Part shown: positions 10,149-19,254 of the stretch, piece by piece
Position numbering within the stretch: position 1 is the stretch's first letter
Layout: every line of letters starts with the position of its first letter
IMG/VR virus record: IMGVR_UViG_3300043395_002432
Coordinates: 75,497-139,496 of that record
Length of the DNA stretch: 64,000 nucleotides
Reading direction: 5' to 3' (one strand)
Source: a virus
Translations under genes and position numbers: made by a program
Notes under the pieces: model-generated
Told to the model about the DNA's origin: nothing
What the model saw: only the letters and a program-made list of their open reading frames with translations
Databases searched by the model: none

Positions 10149-12434
10149 TCAGCCCATGATGAAGGGAGGGGCGGGGACGTCCGGGTTCGCGTCGCTCGTC
10201 CCCTTCTTCGTCTCAAGCCCCGCGTCGTTGAGCCGCTCTACAGGGGCGTACTCGCGCCGATCCAGCTCCGTCATGCCGCCCCCGTCCCACTCTCGCCAGT
10301 TCTCGGGGGTCTTCGAAGGGGAAACCCACTCCAACCCGTCCTCCTCTGTGGTGCCATTCGGATACTCCCGAGCAGCCTCAATCGCCTTCTGCGTTAGGAT
10401 CGGATCAGGCTCAGGGGCAGCACCACGAAGGTGACGTAGCTCCACGTTTTGGTGCCGGAACGGCGCTCGAGGATTGATCGAGTCCTGCGTGACCCAATGC
10501 GTGTCCTCGAGATCCGCCCCCCCATGCACCAAGTCCGAATCAATGTACGACGCCTGCCGAAGGGCCATCAATTCAAGGTTCGTCACCACGCCAGCCACAG
10601 CGTCAGACGTGTCCTTCGATCCACCAAGCGGGTGATCCACCTTCCGCGACAGCGGGTCGTACTCGAGCTGCTTCATCTCGGTCAGGAAGGGTTCGTACTC
10701 GTACATCCGAACACGCCCCTCCATGAGCGCGTTTCGAAGCGCCTCATACGCCTCCGTCCCGTCGTCCACCGAGAGGAGGTTCGCCGGTATCCCATTGTCA
10801 CGAAGGATCTGGATTCCGTCCGCTGACTGATACTTGTCCAACGTCGTCAACGCTATCTCGAAGCCATGATCCCGAAGCGCGTAAATCAACGCCCGAATCT
10901 CTTGAAGCAGGATGTACTCTCCGCTCGGAGGCTTCACCCTCAAGACGAAGTCGATCTCGATCTCAGGCGCTGACTCGAAGTAGGTCTCCGCAAAGTCAGG
11001 CGAACGCCGCTCGACCTGCACCAAGCGCGTCGTATGCCCCATGCTGATCCCAAGCCCGTCTCGCGCCAACGACTGATCGACATGGATCACACGAACCGAG
11101 TCAGGGTGACGACGCGGAACCCAACGATACTCATGATGCCCCATGCCAACCTTGATCTTCTTTCGCTCACACAAGACGTCCCAAAGCGGGAGTAGCTTGC
11201 TCTGAAGAATCCAAGTCTCGCTCGAGAAGGGATGCTTCAGCTCTGGACGGATCGTAGGACGGTACAAGCACGCTTGAATCGTCAAGAAGGACGCCACAGC
11301 GTCCGTAGCCATGCCAGCAACGTCCTGAATGCTCGACACGAGGTTGATCTGAAACTCCTTGACGTACTCAAACGGGACGTTGATGATCGTACTCCCGTCC
11401 CGAAGTGCCGATGGATGCACCTCCTCCTTCGGGGCCAGAATGCGAGAGCGTGTCGACCCCTGCCCCACCAAGACTCGGAAGTACTTGCCACTGAAGCTCT
11501 CGGCAGGCTTGACGTCCCACGTCGCCTTGTCAACCACGTAGGTGGTCGGATCGTTCTTTCGCTCGTTCACGCGACGCGCCGAGAACGAATTCGAAGTCGT
11601 CTTCGAGGACATCAGTACCGTCTTCATCGGCACCTTGCCCCCAGAGAGGAAACGGCTCTTGATACGATTCGTGAGCGTGACATACACACGCTCCGCAAGA
11701 TCGAAATTCGCCGCCGTCATCGTCTGCCCAGGGGACTGAATGACAGGCTTCTTCCGGCGTCCCATGAAGTTCGTCTCGTCCATGAGGAAGCCAACGACGT
11801 CAAGACCCAGCGCACGCTCAGAGTTGACGGAGCCAATCTCTACAATAATGCTCTTCGGAAAGCGAATCCCGTCCGCCCTCTCCGTCCAGGGAAACTCCTT
11901 CTTGAAGTAGGGCGAGCTGCTGATCTTCTCCATCACCTTGCCAAGCACGACGCTCTTTGCAAGGTGCAAGCTCTTCGACATGCAGAAGAGGTATATGTTG
12001 GAAGTAGGCGCAATCCCAAGCGCAGACTGCGGGGAACGCATACACGAAAGCTCGTAGAGCTGCCGACAGAAGATGATCGACCCAAGGAAGGTCTTTCCCC
12101 AACCCGTCGACCCTGTCAGGATAATGTCAATGTACCGATCCGCCTCGAAGATTCGATCCAGCTCGTCCTTCAGCGGCTCGTAAAGCGACTCGCACGATTT
12201 CCCGAGAAAGTATGGATCTTGCACGAAGGTTCGTATATCTACCGGCTCCCGATCAAAGACCGCACGCGAGATCGCTTGGTAGGTGCTGTTCGAGCCTATC
12301 GCCGCCTCTTGGATCATTCGAAGGAAGAGCCTCCGCTGCTCGGGCTTGAGTGAGGCTATGGAGTCCTCGATGAGCGCAGCCTCCTCCTCCTTGGTGCGAA
12401 TGTGATGCGAACGCCCACCGCGATTCCGTATCAC
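10149..12434 (-). CDS. terL: Terminase large subunit
   Basis: Walker A GSTGWGKT, Walker B FLMDE, nuclease IHVDQS..DG, KVDHPLGGSKDTSDAVAG. Confidence 0.92.
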   Translation of the reverse strand: MIRNRGGRSHHIRTKEEEAALIEDSIASLKPEQRRLFLRMIQEAAIGSNSTYQAISRAVFDREPVDIRTFVQDPYFLGKSCESLYEPLKDELDRIFEADRYIDIILTGSTGWGKTFLGSIIFCRQLYELSCMRSPQSALGIAPTSNIYLFCMSKSLHLAKSVVLGKVMEKISSSPYFKKEFPWTERADGIRFPKSIIVEIGSVNSERALGLDVVGFLMDETNFMGRRKKPVIQSPGQTMTAANFDLAERVYVTLTNRIKSRFLSGGKVPMKTVLMSSKTTSNSFSARRVNERKNDPTTYVVDKATWDVKPAESFSGKYFRVLVGQGSTRSRILAPKEEVHPSALRDGSTIINVPFEYVKEFQINLVSSIQDVAGMATDAVASFLTIQACLYRPTIRPELKHPFSSETWILQSKLLPLWDVLCERKKIKVGMGHHEYRWVPRRHPDSVRVIHVDQSLARDGLGISMGHTTRLVQVERRSPDFAETYFESAPEIEIDFVLRVKPPSGEYILLQEIRALIYALRDHGFEIALTTLDKYQSADGIQILRDNGIPANLLSVDDGTEAYEALRNALMEGRVRMYEYEPFLTEMKQLEYDPLSRKVDHPLGGSKDTSDAVAGVVTNLELMALRQASYIDSDLVHGGADLEDTHWVTQDSINPRAPFRHQNVELRHLRGAAPEPDPILTQKAIEAAREYPNGTTEEDGLEWVSPSKTPENWREWDGGGMTELDRREYAPVERLNDAGLETKKGTSDANPDVPAPPFIMG

Positions 12435-13087
12435 TTGCCCTCCTTCGGCTCTTCCTCTCCCGTCTTCTTGGTGGTCGCAGCCACCACAGCATTGAACGCA
12501 CGAAGGACTTGCGAGAGCTGCTGCTGCGAGAGCTGCTTCGTCGTAGGAGGCGGACGGAGAGGAGCGCCCGCACTTGGTGCTGTCGGCTCCGCCACCGTCG
12601 ACGGAACGATCTTCTTCGTCATCTCAAAATACGTCGAGATCAACTCCTTCTGAATTCGAAGCTCCATCCCCGTGTAGCGATTCGTCACCGGGAGACGCTC
12701 CTCGAACTCAATCCCCTTCTGAATTCGCTTCTTCTGAATCCGAATTAGCTCCGCCATCTCCTCAATCGCATCGATGCGATTCTCAACGACCTTGGCAGCA
12801 GCCTCCACATGCCCAGGAAGAAATGGCTCCACAATGTCGATCTTCGCAAGCTCCGCACGAAGCGAAGTCACACGCCGAATCACCTCTTGCGGAGGGACGT
12901 CCAGCCAGATCCGATGATCGTCCTGAATGAACGACCGAACGCTATTGATCGCGTAGCCCCCCTTGATCCGGGCAAGGATCTGCTCGTAGCAAGGAAGCCG
13001 CTGAAAAAGCTGGTGATTCATCGAGATCGGATGAATCTCTGGCACCTCTACGGGGACGGGAAGCTCTGTTGGTGCCTTCCTGGGCAT
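12431..13087 (-). CDS. Putative terminase small subunit
   Basis: Overlaps terL start (GTGA); helical N-terminal domain plus coiled coil; called on position. Confidence 0.55.
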   Translation of the reverse strand: MPRKAPTELPVPVEVPEIHPISMNHQLFQRLPCYEQILARIKGGYAINSVRSFIQDDHRIWLDVPPQEVIRRVTSLRAELAKIDIVEPFLPGHVEAAAKVVENRIDAIEEMAELIRIQKKRIQKGIEFEERLPVTNRYTGMELRIQKELISTYFEMTKKIVPSTVAEPTAPSAGAPLRPPPTTKQLSQQQLSQVLRAFNAVVAATTKKTGEEEPKEGK

Positions 13088-13091
13088 GGCC

Positions 13092-13346
13092 TCACTTCCT
13101 GTCGAGGATTTCGTAGTGCGCGATAAATTGAATGTCGCTCAAGCGAGCCTCATACGAAGAAACCGCCGTGCCGTTGATACAGAAGGGCGACCCGTCGTCA
13201 TTCGCCACCCCGTTGATCCGAATCCAACCCCGCCGAATGTGAATGAGCTGCCCATGCACAATGTGGTGGTCGTACACCCGGTCGTTCACCCGCTTCGCCG
13301 CCTGCTCCGGTCGCTCCACACGGAGCGCCACCAAGGACGCCTTCAT
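13092..13346 (-). CDS. Small hypothetical protein (paralog of next gene)
   Basis: ATGA coupling; similarity to 13343-13597. Confidence 0.6.
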   Translation of the reverse strand: MKASLVALRVERPEQAAKRVNDRVYDHHIVHGQLIHIRRGWIRINGVANDDGSPFCINGTAVSSYEARLSDIQFIAHYEILDRK

Positions 13347-13597
13347 GCCGCCTCAACGAATTCGACTTCGTTGGCACATGCGGTGAAGACGACGTCCGCC
13401 ATTCGAAGGGTGATGCTGGTCATGGGCAACCCCTCGACAATGATAGGCTCTCCGCTCTTGGTGCGAGGAGAAGAGATCGTCAGCCAGGAGACCCCCTCGT
13501 CGAGGAAGTGCGTGCAGCCTCCACCAAGCATGCACGAACGCCCCGTGATGTTGGCACTCTCGCCCGTGATCCCGACCACCACCAGCTTCTTGCTCAT
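13343..13597 (-). CDS. Small hypothetical protein
   Basis: GGGAG RBS; beta-rich. Confidence 0.6.
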   Translation of the reverse strand: MSKKLVVVGITGESANITGRSCMLGGGCTHFLDEGVSWLTISSPRTKSGEPIIVEGLPMTSITLRMADVVFTACANEVEFVEAA

Positions 13598-13635
13598 GAT
13601 TCGCTCCCGTGAGCGAAGTTCTTAGCCCAGGAACG

Positions 13636-13666
13636 AAAAAAGGGCCACCCCCGCAGGGGTAGCCCT
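13636..13666 (-). terminator. Rho-independent terminator
   Basis: Minus strand AGGGCTACCCCTGCGGGGGTGGCCC followed by T6. Confidence 0.8.
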
Positions 13667-13681
13667 CACCCTCTCAGCCGA

Positions 13682-14758
13682 TCAGGCGTTGTCCACCGGA
13701 TGCGCGATGAACAGGTGCGTGTTCGCAGGCGCGGTCGACCAGTCGCCGTAGATCTTCAGAGAAGACCCCGTGAGCTGGAACTCACCAGCCGCCGCAGGCG
13801 TGATCGCCACCTGCTTGAAGGCCACGCCATTGAAGTCCGCACGAAGCCCGTCCGTCATGATCTGCACCAAGGAGCCATGACGCTGCATCGCAGCGGAGTT
13901 GATCGAGGTGTTCAGCGTGAAGGTAGAGACACCGCCAGAGACGGAGGCAGAAGCCGCCGCGTCCGTAAACTCCTTCTCCGCCCACTTCCACGACAGCTTC
14001 GCCGGGGTCGTCCCGAGATCCTTCAGCGCGAGCTGGTCGCTCCCGTTGGTGTAGATCGTCGAGTTGTCCACCTTCGCAGAGAACTCACCCCCCGAGAGGG
14101 TGATACCCACGCCAGCGGTGTACGACACCCCACCAAAGGCTGAGTAGCTCAGCGAGGTCGTCCCAAGCGTTGAGACTGTTGTTGCCAGATACCACGTCGT
14201 GTCCGCATTGGTGCTGCCAAGCGCCACAGAGATCAGCATCGAGGAGAGATCCGACGCAGAGTCCGCATCCACCGCACGAGTCAGCACGAAGGGGTTCGAC
14301 CCGTCCCCAACCGTCGTCACCACGTAGACGCCATTCTGCGCCCCTGTCGTCTGGTTCTTCACCAGAATACGATCCCCCACGGTCGGAGAACCACCGTCCA
14401 CGGAGATCGCCCCGTTGCTCGAACCCGTCAACGTCGCACCAACGCCAGAGGAGCCGTTGCTGTAGGTCGCCGCAAGGTTCGCCGTCGTCGCATACAACGC
14501 GTCGTCCTTCTGCGCCAAGCCAGCAATCATGGCCTGGGTCGTGGCAATCAAGCCGTCGACGTAGGTCTTGGTGGCCGCATCGTTGTTCGACGAAGGCGCT
14601 CCCAAGCCCGTCACCTTGAACCCACCAGCCGCAAGATCCGCACCAAGCGTGCCACGCAGATCGCTAAACTCCCAGGTCTGCGTCAGATCGACGTCCAACG
14701 CCCCACTCGTCGATGTCAGCTTCGCCGTCTTGCGAAGCATGCCCGCATTCACACCCAT
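13682..14758 (-). CDS. Virion structural protein (fibre/decoration-like)
   Basis: G/S/T/A-rich; DAATKTYVD, GDRILVKNQT..QNGVYVVT..LTRAVDAD, YTAGVGITLSG motifs typical of phage fibre/head-decoration proteins. Confidence 0.75.
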   Translation of the reverse strand: MGVNAGMLRKTAKLTSTSGALDVDLTQTWEFSDLRGTLGADLAAGGFKVTGLGAPSSNNDAATKTYVDGLIATTQAMIAGLAQKDDALYATTANLAATYSNGSSGVGATLTGSSNGAISVDGGSPTVGDRILVKNQTTGAQNGVYVVTTVGDGSNPFVLTRAVDADSASDLSSMLISVALGSTNADTTWYLATTVSTLGTTSLSYSAFGGVSYTAGVGITLSGGEFSAKVDNSTIYTNGSDQLALKDLGTTPAKLSWKWAEKEFTDAAASASVSGGVSTFTLNTSINSAAMQRHGSLVQIMTDGLRADFNGVAFKQVAITPAAAGEFQLTGSSLKIYGDWSTAPANTHLFIAHPVDNA

Positions 14759-14854
14759 GAAACACCTCCTGCCCTTCTGATAGGAGATCTCTCTCTTTCT
14801 GACAAGAGGAATTTACCCGACCTCGATAGGCTTCACGAATCTAAAATCAACGCA

Positions 14855-15748
14855 TTAATACGGAAAGTGTACGGACACGAAGTGGTCTCCGTCAGCGAAG
14901 TTTCCAGCGATGGAAATCTCACTTTCCTGAATCCGATACTCGCGAAACGTAGTAGCGTCACTGTCTGGTGTATCGTAAACACGCTTCGTGTCTACGACCC
15001 CGTCCACGAAGACGAGCATGCCGCCTCGAAAGGAAGCAGCCTCGGGAGGGGTAACACCAAGGTCGGCGGTACTCAGGCCAGATGCAGCGTCATAGGTGAA
15101 GTCGTCCTGGGTGAGGTGAACGACGCGCCATGAGATCCCAACCTGCTGAAGCCTCGGGTCTTGCGTAGAGTCTATGAAATTGTTGTCGAGCGGAAAGCGC
15201 GCCTCAAGCGCATGGATCGTGACCTCCCCCTCATGCGTGAACGCCACGTCCCCGTCCGTGTAGAGCGTTACCGTCCAGTCCCCTCGCTTGGCAGCAGAAG
15301 CCGACGCAAGAAAACGCGCCCCACTCTGAAGCGTCAGCGAAGTGTCCGACGAAATCGAATGCACCCGCGCCCATTGATGCTCCGAGCCAGAGGAGATCCG
15401 AATCAAGCAGCCAACCTCAAGCTCTGTGAGGAATGCCGTGCCTGTACCAGTTACCGTCGTGCCACGAAGCGCAACAGAGATCGTCCCCGTCAACGTAGTC
15501 TGCTCTACCGTCAGACGTCCATACACAATGGTGTCGCCGTAAATCCGATTCCCGTCGCTGTCGTAGGGATACACAAAGTTATACGACCCTGATGTCACCA
15601 TGCCAGGAATGAGACTCGTCCCACCAGCGTGACGACCCGACATGAGGTCGTTCACCACTACGCTCTCCTGCGTTGAGAACTCCGCCGCACCAAGAGAGAC
15701 ATACCGCGCAATCGTCGTCCCACCTACCTGATCTGGAGCCAGCGGCAT
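14855..15748 (-). CDS. Virion structural protein
   Basis: GTTVTGTGTAFLTEL..V.SISSDTSLTL motif; C-terminus resembles that of 13682-14758. Confidence 0.65.
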   Translation of the reverse strand: MPLAPDQVGGTTIARYVSLGAAEFSTQESVVVNDLMSGRHAGGTSLIPGMVTSGSYNFVYPYDSDGNRIYGDTIVYGRLTVEQTTLTGTISVALRGTTVTGTGTAFLTELEVGCLIRISSGSEHQWARVHSISSDTSLTLQSGARFLASASAAKRGDWTVTLYTDGDVAFTHEGEVTIHALEARFPLDNNFIDSTQDPRLQQVGISWRVVHLTQDDFTYDAASGLSTADLGVTPPEAASFRGGMLVFVDGVVDTKRVYDTPDSDATTFREYRIQESEISIAGNFADGDHFVSVHFPY

Positions 15749-15787
15749 GCGAAATCCCTCGTTGGTGCTTCTATCGTAAGAAGCAAG

Positions 15788-15816
15788 AAAAGGGGAGGAG
15801 CCGAAGCCCCTCCCCT
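15788..15816 (-). terminator. Rho-independent terminator
   Basis: Minus strand GGGGAGGGGC-TTCG-GCTCCTCCCC then TTTT. Confidence 0.7.
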
Positions 15817-15834
15817 CCCCTCCCCCCCCTCAGA

Positions 15835-16848
15835 TCAGATCTCGTCGGCAGGCTCGTCGTCCTGGCGGGAGGGCAGCTCCTCGCTCGCCTCCTCGCTCGC
15901 CTCCTCGAGGAGCGCGTTCGAGGCGCGGAAGGGCGTCCGATCCGTGACCGGCTTGCCCTCCGAATCCTCGTAGGTGCGCGGATTGCCCCGATCATCGCCC
16001 TCCTGCACGAGGTAGGCCCGACCGCTGGCCTTCCCAATGTCCCCGTTCGTCAGCACGATGAGGGCGCGGATACCGTGCTGCCGCAGACCAGCGACGAGCT
16101 GCTCCTCAGAGAGCTTCGCCACCAGGGCGAGCGCAGCCGCGATCTGCTCAGACGTCGTGCCGTTCAGAGCCGTGTACGAGCGCGCCACCTCAGCGAGCGC
16201 CTCCCCAGGGGAGACCGCCCCGTTGGCCTGCGCCGACGCAATGGCAGCCGTCATGGCCCGACCCTGCGCCTCGTTGTCCAGCGGGACGCGGAAGGCGGGC
16301 TTCTTGCTCCCCTTCTCCTCGCTGGAGGAAAGGTCGCGCCCGTTGCCCTCAGCGAGGTACTCCTTCATCTCCTGAAGGCTCATCTCCCCACCACGACGCC
16401 CCCCGGTCGTGATCGCACGCACCAAGCCCTCCGCCTCCTCAGCCTTGTCGAGGCGACCCACGAGGAGCCGCGCCTTGGTCGGCCCGAGCCGCTGCGCCAG
16501 CTCGCGGTAGGCCGGTGGGAGGCTACCGAAGTAGTTCCCCACCAAAGCGATCTGCTGCGCCTGCCGAATCTGCACGTCCAGCTCGTTCTGGACGTACTGA
16601 TCGAAGCTCTCATACCCCCACAGGCGGTAGAGGCTCTCCTTCTGCACCCGCCCCAGCGTAAGGGCGAACTCGAACGCCACCGACTCGCCCTGCCGGTGGA
16701 GCTGCATCAGCCGCAGCCGCGTGCCGTCCTCCACGCTGTTGGTGGAGACGGGGAGATCCCTCGCCTCGATCAAGGCAGGAAGGTCGTCCCCCACGCCCAC
16801 GACGTTCATCTCCATCTCGCTCTCGTCCAGCACGATCTCGCTCGGCAT
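15835..16848 (-). CDS. Putative DNA-binding protein
   Basis: LYRLWGYESFDQYVQNELDVQIRQAQQI resembles the GYxSFxxY helical motif of phage DNA-binding proteins; start ATG 16848 with GGAGAG RBS. Confidence 0.6.
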   Translation of the reverse strand: MPSEIVLDESEMEMNVVGVGDDLPALIEARDLPVSTNSVEDGTRLRLMQLHRQGESVAFEFALTLGRVQKESLYRLWGYESFDQYVQNELDVQIRQAQQIALVGNYFGSLPPAYRELAQRLGPTKARLLVGRLDKAEEAEGLVRAITTGGRRGGEMSLQEMKEYLAEGNGRDLSSSEEKGSKKPAFRVPLDNEAQGRAMTAAIASAQANGAVSPGEALAEVARSYTALNGTTSEQIAAALALVAKLSEEQLVAGLRQHGIRALIVLTNGDIGKASGRAYLVQEGDDRGNPRTYEDSEGKPVTDRTPFRASNALLEEASEEASEELPSRQDDEPADEI

Positions 16849-16999
16849 TGTTGCTCTCCTGAGGTAGCCCCGGAAGGGGTCGGTTTGACGCCCCCTATAT
16901 AAGCCCAACGAGGGGTCGAGGCGAGAACGAATTCGACTTCGTTGGGGCGGTTTGCTCGTTCTTGACAACGAGGCGAAGAAGATGCCTTCGAGCGTGCAG

Positions 17000-17665
17000 T
17001 CACGCTCGCGGCTTCGATCTTGGTGCCTTCTTCTTGATCTCCCCCATGAGCTGCGCCTGGATCGACTCTGGGGGCGGTAACGCAGGAAGCCGAAGGTTCG
17101 CCTCCACCGCACCAGCAAGCGCCGTGATCAACGCGTCAGCCTCATGGTCGTTCGCCGTCGCCGGGATCGGAAGCTGAATCTGACGCAAGCGCCCTAAAAC
17201 CCACGCCTTGACCTGCGCCTGCTTGATCTCCCGAGGAGGAGCGCGCCCCAAGACCAGCTTGCGCGCACGCGGGCTGGCAATCTCCCGAATGCCAGGAAAG
17301 GGAAGCGAAGTCTTGGTGCGCCACGCCTGCGCCACAGCAAGCTGGCACGCCCAATGCGCCCCACCGAGCTGCCCCATGCGCCCACCAGCCATTCCAAACG
17401 CCATGCCCTCTATCGAGATCGCCACAACCTGCTCAGGCGCGTACTCCTCCAGAAGCACATGCACCAAGTGAGACAACGCGTCGCTTAGGTGCAACAGCCG
17501 ACGAAGGTCGTCATTCTCTCCATCCCCCTTCTCGCTCTTGATCGTCAGGAGCCGAACCAACGCCCCCTCGGGCGTGCAGACCGCAACCCCCGTGTTCGAG
17601 AGCGAAGCGTCGATCCCCATCACCAAGCGCGATCTTCTCTCCCCGAGCTTCTCCACCTTGAACAT
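17000..17665 (-). CDS. RuvC-like Holliday junction resolvase
   Basis: MGIDASLSNTGVA, ISIEGMAF, NDHEADAL acidic catalytic motifs. Confidence 0.82.
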   Translation of the reverse strand: MFKVEKLGERRSRLVMGIDASLSNTGVAVCTPEGALVRLLTIKSEKGDGENDDLRRLLHLSDALSHLVHVLLEEYAPEQVVAISIEGMAFGMAGGRMGQLGGAHWACQLAVAQAWRTKTSLPFPGIREIASPRARKLVLGRAPPREIKQAQVKAWVLGRLRQIQLPIPATANDHEADALITALAGAVEANLRLPALPPPESIQAQLMGEIKKKAPRSKPRA

Positions 17666-17718
17666 GCCGCCCCCCAATGGAAAAGCCCCAGAAGGGGCCA
17701 CCGCTCTTGGTGTAGAGA

Positions 17719-18138
17719 TCAGCCCATCTGCCGAATCAGATCCGTCACCTCAGTGACCGTCTTGGGCGACAGCGAGATCAGGTACACCACCGAATCCTCC
17801 CGATTCGCCTGAGGACGATTCCCGTACATGTCCCGCCAATTCCGCCGAAACTTGTCCAGATCAGGCGTCGCAGAACACTCCGACGCACGCTGCTCCGTGA
17901 GCTTCCCGAGCTTCACCTTCTGAACGTGACGAACCGTCCAAGCAGCGGGCGGCGCACCTTGCTCGTCAGACTCGAGGATCACCGAATTGTCGTGCCGACG
18001 AAGCGATACAGGCTTCAGCTCCGTAGGAGCCATTGCCTCCGTCATGTAGTGACGCGCCAGCACCAACGCCGGTCGATTGCCAGCGGACTTCCGCTGCTCG
18101 TAGTAGCTGTCCTCAATCGCACTGAGCTTGATCGACAT
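17719..18138 (-). CDS. Hypothetical protein
   Basis: GAGGGG RBS, in operon. Confidence 0.6.
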   Translation of the reverse strand: MSIKLSAIEDSYYEQRKSAGNRPALVLARHYMTEAMAPTELKPVSLRRHDNSVILESDEQGAPPAAWTVRHVQKVKLGKLTEQRASECSATPDLDKFRRNWRDMYGNRPQANREDSVVYLISLSPKTVTEVTDLIRQMG

Positions 18139-18191
18139 TCATCCCCTCTTGGTGAACGACGCATTCGAATGCGTCTCAGCTCGAGAGTAAC

Positions 18192-18686
18192 CTACTTCGC
18201 CAAGCCACGCTGCTGACATTCCCAGCGATACCGACGCATTGCCAGATCCGCATTCGTGAGTTCGCACTCGATCTCGAAAGCGTAGAGCGGGTACTTCCGA
18301 TCCACCGTCCGTCGCCCCTCAGGCGAAACAAGCGTCATGGTGCGCGGAATCGGCTTCTGCTGGTGGAACCGATGCTGCTCCAGAAGGAAGTCGCTCTCCT
18401 TTACCCGGTAGACGAGAAGGGAGATGGCGTAGTGCGACTCAAGCCACCAGTCCTTCTCTCCCTTCGGATCAAACCAATCCGTAAGGTGATTCGCAAAAAG
18501 ACCCAGAACCCCAGGAATCGCTTTCGCCTGCGGCCTCATCACCGTCAGAAGCGCCTGATCGATCTTCTTCAGATGCTCCTCCTCCCGAAGGAGCGAAAGC
18601 GCGAAGGGCTTGCGATACGAATCCCACCACTGCAAGATCTGCTCCCTCATCCGCACCAACGTCGCCTCGTGCGGAGCAGGGGTCAC
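18192..18686 (-). CDS. Hypothetical protein
   Basis: GTGA coupling to upstream gene. Confidence 0.6.
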   Translation of the reverse strand: MTPAPHEATLVRMREQILQWWDSYRKPFALSLLREEEHLKKIDQALLTVMRPQAKAIPGVLGLFANHLTDWFDPKGEKDWWLESHYAISLLVYRVKESDFLLEQHRFHQQKPIPRTMTLVSPEGRRTVDRKYPLYAFEIECELTNADLAMRRYRWECQQRGLAK

Positions 18687-19162
18687 CGTGAAAGCTCCTC
18701 GTTGAACTCAGCAAAGACCGAAGAAGGCACCAAGACCCACTCAGACTCGCACAGCGGATCGCTCACCTTCAACTTGATCTCCAACGCAGGAAGACGCCCC
18801 TCCCCACGCGCCTCATTCGTGATCTTCTCAAGCCACTCGCCCTTCACACTGATCGAGCCGTGGATCGTTTGCTTCATCTCGATCAGGAAGGCACGCGTTT
18901 GCACGTCCCCCTTCGATAACGCGCTGCTCCCACTCCCAGGCTTCACACGCCCACCATACCGAGACGCCGAAACCTTCTCCTGAAGCGACGCCCGATCCCG
19001 ATTCGAACGCTCCACAGGCGTCGACCGAATCGCCTTCCGCTCCTCGTACCGCGAACGCGCCTCTCGCCTCAATGCCTCTCGCTCCTCAGCCTCAGCACGA
19101 AGACGAGCCTCGCCCTCCTCCTCTGACTCGAACCGACTCCGAACCCGAAATCCCTTGATCAT
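18683..19162 (-). CDS. PD-(D/E)xK nuclease, Hjc-like resolvase
   Basis: QE..GGRVKPGSGS..KGDV..LIEMKQT motif. Confidence 0.75.
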   Translation of the reverse strand: MIKGFRVRSRFESEEEGEARLRAEAEEREALRREARSRYEERKAIRSTPVERSNRDRASLQEKVSASRYGGRVKPGSGSSALSKGDVQTRAFLIEMKQTIHGSISVKGEWLEKITNEARGEGRLPALEIKLKVSDPLCESEWVLVPSSVFAEFNEELSR

Positions 19163-19200
19163 GTCTCACCCCGATGAACGAATTCGAATTCGCCACACCA

Positions 19201-19233
19201 AGAAGGGGGAGCGAAGTCTCCCTCGCTCCCCCC
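19201..19233 (-). terminator. Probable terminator after recA
   Basis: GGGGGAGCGA...TCGCTCCCCC 10-bp stem, short TTCT tail on minus strand. Confidence 0.55.
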
Positions 19234-19254
19234 TCGCGCCCCCTCAGTGAGAGG

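Noticed and set aside
16896-16902. T4-type late promoter (TATATA boxes here and near 24834)
   Set aside because: Do not match TATAAATA and too few copies to define a class; may be ordinary -10 boxes
17000-17665. TnpB/Cas12-like RNA-guided nuclease
   Set aside because: Only about 220 aa, plain RuvC resolvase layout with no zinc finger or REC/WED region
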